Source of the DNA: an uncultured Eubacteriales bacterium
GTDB lineage: Bacteria > Bacillota > Clostridia > Monoglobales > UMGS1388
Assembly: GCA_900551345.1 (NCBI GenBank)
Contig: URVP01000002.1
Location: 1 to 46,089 of the forward strand
Reading direction: 5' to 3'
Length of the DNA: 46,089 nucleotides
Part shown: positions 38,463 to 46,089 of the stretch, in pieces
How positions within the stretch are numbered: the first letter of the stretch is position 1
Layout of the letters: the number at the start of each line of letters is the position of its first letter
Program-made: the position numbers and the translations under genes
Notes under the pieces: generated by a model
Seen by the model: only the letters and a program-made list of their open reading frames with translations
What the model was told of the DNA's origin: nothing
Databases searched by the model: none

Positions 38463-39469
38463 AAAAGGTTTTTGCTGCGGGAAGTGCTGCATTGACTGGT
38501 ATGCTGCGACAATACCTTGCCGCCCGCATGCCTGATGTTGAATTCTATGCCGCTGATTGCAATGCTGCGGCTGAAGAGCTTACCCACAAACTATATAGTG
38601 CAGATACAGTTATTTTGCTTAATGAATCACATATCCATAATGTGACCGAGGCAGAATTAAATTATAATTTTACAAAGAGAATAGTACAAATGCTTGCAAA
38701 CAGCAACACCAAGGCTGAGGTAGCTTATTTTACGCCCAGAAAATATAACGAAAAAGATGCTGAAGCTGTAAAAGCTATAAAAAACCAGGGAGAAGCATGT
38801 GTCCGTGAATATAGCCGGACAAGTGCTATCCCTGCTGTTTTTTATAAAATGCCTGAAATATTCGGCCCGTTTTATGATAATCCTATTATAGATAGGATAA
38901 TAGATACGGGCAAAATTGAAAATCCTGAAAAATCCTATGAATTTTTACATATAAATGATTTAATGGATGAATTGTACAGAATGATAAACCATGTCCCGGC
39001 AAAAATAGGGTATGACAGTTATGCTTATGCTAAAGGTTCATATTTTGCGGCAGAAACAATTCTTTTGAAAAAAATAACAGACTTTAACGCTTTGAAACCC
39101 TGTGAAATACCCGACTTTCCTTCTGTTTTTGATCGACTTCTTTACGACTATTACCTATACAAAATCAAACAGGCAAAAACTTATGAGTTGGGCGGTTTAG
39201 ACCAGGCTGTAACTATTATGTCCTCCCGCAGGTTCGGAAGCGTGGATGTAAAAAGATTAATGCCCGGACAGTCAGATTTAATTGAGCTCCATGGCGCAAG
39301 TGCTGTTCGCATGTTTTTGCTGTGCGGCATGATAAAAACCGATAAAGATATGGAATTCAATGCGGATAACGGAGTAATTAGAATTGATTTGATTGAGAAT
39401 ACAACAATTAAAAATGTCGGAGAAATTCCTGCCATAATTGAAACATGGTCCTATAACGGTCATTCTTGA
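38459..39469 (+). CDS. CapF-like two-domain protein (Rossmann-like N-terminus plus cupin-like C-terminus) with degenerate cofactor motifs; tentative
   Basis: An ATGA start/stop overlap links it to the GT4 gene. The layout is colinear with S. aureus CapF as I recall it, but the Gly-rich NAD(P) motif position reads FAAGSAALTG and the cupin His cluster position reads IELHGASA. Confidence 0.4.
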   Translation: MKKVFAAGSAALTGMLRQYLAARMPDVEFYAADCNAAAEELTHKLYSADTVILLNESHIHNVTEAELNYNFTKRIVQMLANSNTKAEVAYFTPRKYNEKDAEAVKAIKNQGEACVREYSRTSAIPAVFYKMPEIFGPFYDNPIIDRIIDTGKIENPEKSYEFLHINDLMDELYRMINHVPAKIGYDSYAYAKGSYFAAETILLKKITDFNALKPCEIPDFPSVFDRLLYDYYLYKIKQAKTYELGGLDQAVTIMSSRRFGSVDVKRLMPGQSDLIELHGASAVRMFLLCGMIKTDKDMEFNADNGVIRIDLIENTTIKNVGEIPAIIETWSYNGHS

Positions 39470-39486
39470 AAAGGGGTTGGGAATCG

Positions 39487-40965
39487 GTGAAAAATATTTT
39501 ATGTAGATTTGCAGTATGTTGTGTATTGTTGGCATATTCAGTAGTTTTTACCGATAGATTGAACGCTTGGGGATATGAAATGTGTCCTTTGGGTATCAGT
39601 GCTGCTGCTGAGAGTACAGCCGGAGAGTATTATGAAAGTCCCCGCTATGCAGAACTTGCCGACAAATGCTCGGGTAACAGCCGGATAGGTGCCTTTACGG
39701 ACTATAAGACCCTTGTAGACAGAGAGCTAGACAGGCTAATTTCTTTAAATTCTGCCGAAAGGCAACAGCTGGTTACAGATCTTTTAACCAGGGCGGGCAC
39801 TGTATATGTAAGCGGCAGTGAAATTGATTTTACCGATATGGAATTTACGGATTACTTAAATTATGCGTCTGCTAATGTTGCTGAACTTAAAAGATATTTG
39901 AAACATTACGGGATAACATCTATTGCAAATGTTCCTTTAACAATAGACTTTGTAAGCAACAATTCGTTGCAAACTGCCTTTTACAGATCTTTTTTAATAA
40001 ATGCGTATAACAGCGGAGTGTCTAGCATATTGATAAAGAATAAAGATGTGGGGATAGTGTTAGATTTGCTTAGTTTTGCCCCCTTGTCAGATTCTTCTTA
40101 TTATTCTGTATCAATTACCAAGTATAATAGTGTGGATTTACCGGAAAATATCAATGACAGTATTGATGCAGAGTCAGTGTATCAGATTTTAATATCTGAT
40201 GAATCTAATATAATAAAAGAAATTTCCGATGCATATATATTGTTTTACGCTGCTTCTGATTCGGATATAATCTGTTATTTGTCAGATGAAGACAATGCAA
40301 GTGCGAAAACTCACCTTGTTAATACCAATTATGACGGAATGGTTGTTTCTTTTCCTTTAAATGACATAAGAATGTTTTTTATCGATGAGAGCGAAGACGC
40401 TTTTTCTGTAATTTTTGCTGATGTTCCTAAGTCTCATTGGGCATATAAATACATTGAGGGGCTGGCAAAGTGTAAAATCATTTCGGGCGCAGATGGTGAA
40501 ATGTTTGCTCCGGATTCTAATATAACACGAGAGCAGTTCGTAACAATGTTAGCAAAAGCAATCAATATAGAAGATGAAAACGCAGAATGCAGTTTTGATG
40601 ATGTGCACAAAGAGGATTGGTATTATCCGTATGTTGCCTCGGCTAATGCTTGCGGTATTGTACACGGCACCAGTGAAACAGAGTTCGGATCAGGCGAAAG
40701 CATATCTCGCCAGGATATGGCGGTTATGACCTGGCGGGCAATTGAATATGCAAAGGCGGATATGAAGCATTATAATATGATGCCGAATTTTAAGGATGCA
40801 GGAAGCATTGCCGGATATGCGGTTGAATCTGCAGCTCAAATGCAGTATGCGGGAATAATTGAAGGAACAGATGATGGTTGCTTTAATCCTTATGGCAGTG
40901 CCACAAGAGCAGAGGCTGCCAAAGTGATATATATGATTAAATTTAAAATATGGGAAGGGATATGA
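39487..40965 (+). CDS. SLH-domain cell-surface protein with an unassigned ~330-aa N-terminal region
   Basis: The GTG at 39487 is about 9 nt after AAGGGG and gives the signal peptide VKNILCRFAVCCVLLAYSVVF. There are three C-terminal SLH repeats (FADVPKSHWAYKYIEGL..., FDDVHKEDWYYPYVASA..., FKDAGSIAGYAVESAAQ...). Confidence 0.85.
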   Translation: MKNILCRFAVCCVLLAYSVVFTDRLNAWGYEMCPLGISAAAESTAGEYYESPRYAELADKCSGNSRIGAFTDYKTLVDRELDRLISLNSAERQQLVTDLLTRAGTVYVSGSEIDFTDMEFTDYLNYASANVAELKRYLKHYGITSIANVPLTIDFVSNNSLQTAFYRSFLINAYNSGVSSILIKNKDVGIVLDLLSFAPLSDSSYYSVSITKYNSVDLPENINDSIDAESVYQILISDESNIIKEISDAYILFYAASDSDIICYLSDEDNASAKTHLVNTNYDGMVVSFPLNDIRMFFIDESEDAFSVIFADVPKSHWAYKYIEGLAKCKIISGADGEMFAPDSNITREQFVTMLAKAINIEDENAECSFDDVHKEDWYYPYVASANACGIVHGTSETEFGSGESISRQDMAVMTWRAIEYAKADMKHYNMMPNFKDAGSIAGYAVESAAQMQYAGIIEGTDDGCFNPYGSATRAEAAKVIYMIKFKIWEGI

Positions 40966-40969
40966 TTTT

Positions 40970-41218
40970 TTGAAATATACTTTTAAGCCTAAGGGTATAT
41001 GCTCTGTAGAAATTCAACTTGATGTTGATAATGGAATTATTAATGATGTAAAATTTGTAGGAGGCTGCCAAGGTAATACTCAAGGTGTAGCCGCTTTGTG
41101 CAAAGGCCGCAGGACTGATGAGGTTATAAACCTTTTAAGCGGTATAAATTGCGGAAGAAAGGGTACTTCTTGCCCCGACCAACTCGCCAAAGCTCTTAAG
41201 CAAATACAAGAAGGCTGA
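40970..41218 (+). CDS. TIGR03905-family 4-Cys (TSCPD-like) small protein
   Basis: The TTG start is 9 nt after GGGAAGGGA. It is 82 aa long, with the pattern G.C...I.......I.D..F.GGC.GN..G...L..G......I..L.GI.CG.K.TSC.DQLA. Confidence 0.72.
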   Translation: MKYTFKPKGICSVEIQLDVDNGIINDVKFVGGCQGNTQGVAALCKGRRTDEVINLLSGINCGRKGTSCPDQLAKALKQIQEG

Positions 41219-41285
41219 ATGAAAAAGATTTACTGTTATATTTAAACCGTTTGCCGGACAACACCCGAAAAGGAGTTAAATATTA

Positions 41286-44200
41286 ATGCGTTTTTTACAA
41301 TACCGTACAGAGCATACCATAAAATTGCTCAAAGAAAGAATATATAAAGATATATGCTGCTCAATTCCCATGACATATTGTGAATGTGAATATAAGACAA
41401 GCAATAATTTCCCGAATGAAGCAGATATGCAGCCGTTTAGTGATACTGTAAAAATAGGAGGCAGGGACAGGCACTACTGGCTGCATTTTAATGTTGATAT
41501 TCCTAAGTGTGAAAATCCAACATATTTGATTTTCGGTACATCCCATAATACGCCTACCGATATGCTGAACCCTCAGTGTATTTTGTATGTAAACGGAGAG
41601 CTTGTTCAAGGTTTGGATATAAATCATACTGAGTATCCGTTAGACAGCGGAAAAAGCTATGATATATACATTTATTTTTATACCGGTATGCTTGATAATG
41701 ATGAGTATTTTTCTCTTTTTGCTAAAATAGTTGAGATGAACAGTAAAGTAAAGGACTTATATTATGATTTGTCCGTTCCGTTTGCTGTTCTTAGCTGCTT
41801 TAAAGAAACTGACGAAAAATACGCCGTTATTATAAGGCATTTGGCGGCAGCTGTAAATTTGCTCGATTTTACATGCTGTGAAGCTTTTGATTCAAGCGTA
41901 ACAGACGCCATAGAATACATGAAAAATGAATTTTACAATAAGGAATGTAATAAGACCAATTCGCTGGTAAGCTGTATTGGACACACTCATATTGATGTTG
42001 CATGGCTTTGGACCTATGCCCAGACCAAAGAAAAAGCACAGCGTAGTTTTGCTACCGTGCTTTCCCTTATGGAACAGTATCCTGAATATAAGTTTATGTC
42101 GTCGCAGCCTCAGCTTTATAAATATCTTAAACAAGAGGCGCCTGAGGTGTACGAGAGGGTAAAACAGGCGGTTGCGCAAGGTCGCTGGGAACCTGAAGGG
42201 GCGATGTGGGTTGAAGCAGATTGCAATTTGCCGTCCGGCGAGAGCCTAGTGCGCCAAATTATGCACGGTAAAAAATTCTTTATGGATGAGTTTGGCGTCG
42301 ACAGCAAAATATTATGGCTCCCGGATGTGTTCGGGTACAGCGCTGCACTTCCTCAAATACTTATTAAGTCCGGTGTCGATAAATTTGTAACTTCCAAAAT
42401 AAGCTGGAATCAATACAATAAGATGCCCTATGATACATTTATGTGGCGTGGAATAGACGGAACGGAGATTTTTACATATTTTATTACATCACAAGAATAT
42501 GATGTGAATGCAGATGTGGCAAACAGAACCCATTATAACGGTTATATTAATCCTAAATTTATAAAGGGAACACCGGAACGGTATCAGCAAAAAGCATATA
42601 ATACCGAGACAATCCTCACATATGGATTCGGCGACGGCGGCGGAGGACCTACGGCAGATATGCTTGAGCAGCAGAGGCGATTAAGTTATGGACTTCCGGG
42701 AATGCCGCACAGTCAAATATCAACGGTCAGAGAATCTCTTGATCGCATCAAAGATAATTTTGACCGATCATGCCGGTTGCTGAGGGAAACACCCCGATGG
42801 TCAGGTGAGCTTTATCTTGAAATGCACAGAGGTACATATACTACCGCCGCACGAAACAAAAAGTATAACAGAAAGTCAGAAATTCTCCTTCAGAATACGG
42901 AGGCAGCTTGCATATTTGCAAATATAGCAGCAAACTGTGCATATCCCAAAACTCAGCTATACGATTTGTGGGAAACGGTACTGCTTAATCAGTTCCACGA
43001 TGTAATACCGGGCAGCTCAATACAGGAGGTTTACGATGACACAGAGAGTTTATACAGCAAACTGATTTCAGAAGCTGAAAATATTTTTGATGATAAACTC
43101 CGCCTTGTTGCGCAGAATATCACTTCATCAAAAGGTGTTTTGGTTTATAATCCTTTGGGATTCGAGGCAGACGGGATAATCGAATATAACGGAAAAAAAG
43201 CATATGTGGACAAAATTCCTGCATTCGGCTGGAAAAATATAACAGAATTGCCGGCTCAGAGCGGGTATGTAAAGGTTGAAAAAAACCAAGTGGAAAATGA
43301 TTTCTTTTCTGTTGTACTGGACAATAACGGAAACATTTTGTCGATTGTTGATAAGGAGCAGAACAGAGAAATAATAAAGCAGGGCGAATCTGCAAACCGG
43401 CTTATACTTTTTGAGGATCGTCCGTATTGCTATGATGCTTGGGAAATAAGCGAATATTATAAGTATAAGCCTTATGAAGTAAATGATGTGTCGGAAATTA
43501 CTGCGTTTAATGATGAAGTAAGCGGTGGATTTATAATAAAAAGAAAATATAACAAATCTGAGTATGAACAGAAAATAATACTGTATAACAACATAAAACG
43601 AATCGATTTTAACCTGAAAATTGACTGGCATGAGGATCATATGCTTCTTAAAACAGCTTTCCCATTCAATGTAAATACAGATAAAGCTACATATGAAATA
43701 CAGTTTGGAAATATTGAAAGGCCTACCCACGGCAACACCTCTTGGGACAGAGCAAAATTTGAAGTGTGCGGACATAAATGGGCGGATATTTCTGACGGTG
43801 GATACGGAATCAGCCTGATAAACGATTGTAAATATGGACACAGTGCGGATGGAAGCACCCTTATGCTTACACTGCTTAAATCTTCTACTCACCCGAGTAA
43901 AACGGTGGATTTAGGAAAACATGAAATAAATTATGCACTTTTCCCTCATGCGGGAAGTTTTCGTACCGGCGGAACTGTCAGGGAAGCGTATAAGTTCAAC
44001 AATCCCGTTAAAGCCATTAAAACAGAAAAAAATATCGGCTCTTTGCCTTCCTGCGCTTCCATGGTAAGCTGTAATGCTGATAATGTTATTATAGAAACCG
44101 TTAAAGAAGCAGAGGATAGTTCGGATATAATTGTGCGTATGTATGAAGCTCATAATTGCCCGGTTACAGCTAAAATTAAATTCGGGTTTGATGTAAGTGA

Positions 44201-44321
44201 GGCGTATTCGTGTGACCTTATGGAAAATAATTTACAGGAGCTTAAAGTGTGTGAAAATTTGGTTGAATTAAATATATCAGGTTTTGAAATTGTAACGCTT
44301 AGGGTAAAAAGGGTAATTTAA
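41286..44321 (+). CDS. GH38 alpha-mannosidase (cytoplasmic, no signal peptide)
   Basis: It is 1011 aa. The N-terminal metal-binding region is GHTHIDVAWLW, and WLPDVFGYS, NQFHDVIPGS and GHKWADIS are present. The domain order is typical of bacterial GH38 enzymes. Confidence 0.9.
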   Translation: MRFLQYRTEHTIKLLKERIYKDICCSIPMTYCECEYKTSNNFPNEADMQPFSDTVKIGGRDRHYWLHFNVDIPKCENPTYLIFGTSHNTPTDMLNPQCILYVNGELVQGLDINHTEYPLDSGKSYDIYIYFYTGMLDNDEYFSLFAKIVEMNSKVKDLYYDLSVPFAVLSCFKETDEKYAVIIRHLAAAVNLLDFTCCEAFDSSVTDAIEYMKNEFYNKECNKTNSLVSCIGHTHIDVAWLWTYAQTKEKAQRSFATVLSLMEQYPEYKFMSSQPQLYKYLKQEAPEVYERVKQAVAQGRWEPEGAMWVEADCNLPSGESLVRQIMHGKKFFMDEFGVDSKILWLPDVFGYSAALPQILIKSGVDKFVTSKISWNQYNKMPYDTFMWRGIDGTEIFTYFITSQEYDVNADVANRTHYNGYINPKFIKGTPERYQQKAYNTETILTYGFGDGGGGPTADMLEQQRRLSYGLPGMPHSQISTVRESLDRIKDNFDRSCRLLRETPRWSGELYLEMHRGTYTTAARNKKYNRKSEILLQNTEAACIFANIAANCAYPKTQLYDLWETVLLNQFHDVIPGSSIQEVYDDTESLYSKLISEAENIFDDKLRLVAQNITSSKGVLVYNPLGFEADGIIEYNGKKAYVDKIPAFGWKNITELPAQSGYVKVEKNQVENDFFSVVLDNNGNILSIVDKEQNREIIKQGESANRLILFEDRPYCYDAWEISEYYKYKPYEVNDVSEITAFNDEVSGGFIIKRKYNKSEYEQKIILYNNIKRIDFNLKIDWHEDHMLLKTAFPFNVNTDKATYEIQFGNIERPTHGNTSWDRAKFEVCGHKWADISDGGYGISLINDCKYGHSADGSTLMLTLLKSSTHPSKTVDLGKHEINYALFPHAGSFRTGGTVREAYKFNNPVKAIKTEKNIGSLPSCASMVSCNADNVIIETVKEAEDSSDIIVRMYEAHNCPVTAKIKFGFDVSEAYSCDLMENNLQELKVCENLVELNISGFEIVTLRVKRVI

Positions 44322-44612
44322 AGCTTTCGAGCAATGCTTTTGTTAAATATCACAATAAATATAATATCAATTGTGTATGGTGCACAAATCTATTGTGAAA
44401 ACCAAAACTTGAATTGACAGTGGTTTTATTGTATGGTATGTTTAATTGTATAAAGATTAGCAAAATAATATGAATTATGTTTACTTGTGATGGAGAGACA
44501 TCTAATTGACTTTTTGGAGAAAGACATATGTACACAGATTTGACTGCAATAAAAAATAAGCATAAATATGCGTTTAGCGTATATTATTAAAAAAGCGGAA
44601 GGGGTTTTTAAA

Positions 44613-45986
44613 ATGAAAAAGTTGTTTTCAATGCTTCTTGTGTGTGCATTAATTTCATCACTGCTTTGTGGTATTACGGTATTTGCACAGGCAGTACAGG
44701 TAGTGGTTGTATCAGATGATAACAGTTGGACAAATGCAACCTACGATGAAGAGACAGGAATTCTTACAAATGTTGACGGAGGATATTCCTTTAAGGTTGC
44801 TATCAATGGGGATACTGCAACTCTTTCAGCTGCATCAGCCGAATTAATAACCGCCCAATCAGTATGTATTCCCGCATCTTTTACGGTTGGGGAAAATACA
44901 TATAGCTGTACAACTGTTTCCCAGTATATTTTATCCGGCGGCTCTAACACAGCTAACGAATCGGTTCAGGAAGTGGTTATTTCAAATGGTATTATTAACA
45001 TAAATGACAATGCTTTTCGTAATGCTTCTGCACTGCAAACGGTTAATTTCCCTGAATCTGTCGTTAAAATAGGTTCATATTCTTTTAATTCGTCCGGAAT
45101 TACATCCGTTTTTGTGCCGAAAACAGTAAAATCTGTGGGTAAAGGGGCTTTCGGAAATACAAAAAGTTTAAATGATGCAACATTTGAGGAAGGCATTACT
45201 ATTACTGCTCTTCCCGATGAAGGATTTAAAGGAAGTTCCATTGTAAGCGTAAGTTTCCCCAATACCATTACTAAAATCGGTGGGGGGTGCTTCCAGTCAG
45301 CAGGAAAGTTGACGACTATAAATGGAAATTCGAGCGTTTTTGATTTGAGCTTCGTAACAGAAAGTATAGGTCAATTGGCTTTTCAGCAAGCAGGGGCTCT
45401 TGCCGGTGAATTTATCATAAATGCACAGACGGTCGGTAAAGAAGCTTTCAAACAGACCGGTGCCGCTACTAAATTTACTTTCATGGAAAATGTTAAGACT
45501 ATAACAGGCGCTTTACAATATAGGTATGATGAAAATTTGGAGTCTATGGTGTTCTTGGGCAAAACAGCTCCGACGATAGATTCTAACAGCTTTGGCAATA
45601 CGAATGCGTTTACCATATATTACCCTGCCAATTCTACAGGATATGATGCAGCCGGATATACTGCAAAGACATGCGTGCCGTTTGGAGGACATATAAGTGC
45701 GGTTGTATCTGATGGAGCGAACACTACAGTGACATATACGGTTGCAGAATATACACAGAGTGCTGAAAAAATTGCTGTTATTGCTCTTTATGATGTGCAA
45801 GGTAATATGATCGCTGCCAAAACCGTTCCCGTTAATGAGGAAGGTGTAAACGATGCTCTGACTGCTGTGTTTGAAGGTGTAACAGGGGCAGGAACAGCTA
45901 AAATTTACACTTGGAGTAGTTTTGCTCAGGTTAAACCTCTTTATGATGCGTTTGAATATACGGTTGCGACTAATGTAGTTGAATAA
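44613..45986 (+). CDS. BspA-type leucine-rich-repeat surface protein with a C-terminal beta module
   Basis: The ATG at 44613 is 8 nt after GGAAGGGG. The signal peptide is MKKLFSMLLVCALISSLLCGITVFA. Repeats of the type I..IG..AF......L..V.FP..V..IG are present throughout. Confidence 0.75.
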   Translation: MKKLFSMLLVCALISSLLCGITVFAQAVQVVVVSDDNSWTNATYDEETGILTNVDGGYSFKVAINGDTATLSAASAELITAQSVCIPASFTVGENTYSCTTVSQYILSGGSNTANESVQEVVISNGIININDNAFRNASALQTVNFPESVVKIGSYSFNSSGITSVFVPKTVKSVGKGAFGNTKSLNDATFEEGITITALPDEGFKGSSIVSVSFPNTITKIGGGCFQSAGKLTTINGNSSVFDLSFVTESIGQLAFQQAGALAGEFIINAQTVGKEAFKQTGAATKFTFMENVKTITGALQYRYDENLESMVFLGKTAPTIDSNSFGNTNAFTIYYPANSTGYDAAGYTAKTCVPFGGHISAVVSDGANTTVTYTVAEYTQSAEKIAVIALYDVQGNMIAAKTVPVNEEGVNDALTAVFEGVTGAGTAKIYTWSSFAQVKPLYDAFEYTVATNVVE

Positions 45987-46002
45987 TGAATTTAAAATTA
46001 AA

Positions 46003-46038
46003 AATCCCGCGAAAGCAGACGCTTTTGCGGGATTTTTT
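46003..46038 (+). terminator. Rho-independent terminator
   Basis: A 14-bp stem (AATCCCGCGAAAGC / GCTTTTGCGGGATT, one G-U pair) closes an AGAC loop and is followed by TTTTTT. Confidence 0.85.
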
Positions 46039-46089
46039 GACTTTGGAGAGCGTGTTTAAAATCAGCAAATTATATCACCTAAGCCCTCC

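Noticed and set aside
1-46089. A window-wide look for CRISPR arrays, tandem repeats, IS elements, integrases, prophage genes, toxin-antitoxin pairs and known defence-system genes.
   Set aside because: I found no spaced direct repeats, no transposase, recombinase or phage-like ORFs, and no nuclease/ATPase/methylase combinations typical of defence systems. All large ORFs are accounted for by housekeeping or cell-surface functions.

Overview
This looks like a chromosomal segment of a low-GC Firmicute, probably Clostridia, judged by gene content and order. By eye it is about 40% GC in genes and roughly nine-tenths coding. Most of it is ordinary housekeeping. (1) Nt 1-10.8 kb, + strand: the conserved priA-def-fmt-rsmB-rlmN-prpC-prkC-rsgA-rpe-thiN cluster, in the same order as in Bacillus subtilis. 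It is extended by a translationally overlapped gene for a TetM/TetO-family ribosomal-protection-like GTPase. (2) Nt 12.8-16.9 kb: a small accessory cassette with its own promoters, made of a clan GH-A-like hydrolase, an AraC regulator and a secreted beta-sandwich protein. (3) Nt 16.96-18.48 kb: an AT-rich, ORF-free gap of about 1.5 kb between convergent genes. This is the one stretch the gene models do not explain. (4) Nt 18.5-29.3 kb, minus strand: lgt, a paired M16 peptidase, a membrane protein, rsmE, prmA, an orphan ZnuA-type binding protein, a DUF896 small ORF missed by the ORF track, an acidic lipoprotein, malQ and typA. (5) Nt 29.6-37.0 kb, + strand: a SAM methyltransferase, ecfA1-ecfA2-ecfT, truA, a membrane-anchored protein, cvpA and rho, the last with an N-terminal insertion. 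(6) Nt 37.3-46.0 kb, + strand: a cell-surface operon (GT4 glycosyltransferase, a CapF-like protein with degenerate motifs, an SLH protein), a TIGR03905 4-Cys protein, a GH38 alpha-mannosidase and a BspA-type LRR surface protein. I found no rRNA, tRNA, CRISPR array, transposase, integrase, prophage genes or recognisable defence or toxin system. I therefore cannot claim a clearly novel multi-gene system. The best candidates for follow-up are the unexplained 1.5 kb gap, the divergent TetM-like GTPase tied to a core operon, and the degenerate CapF-like/SLH surface operon.
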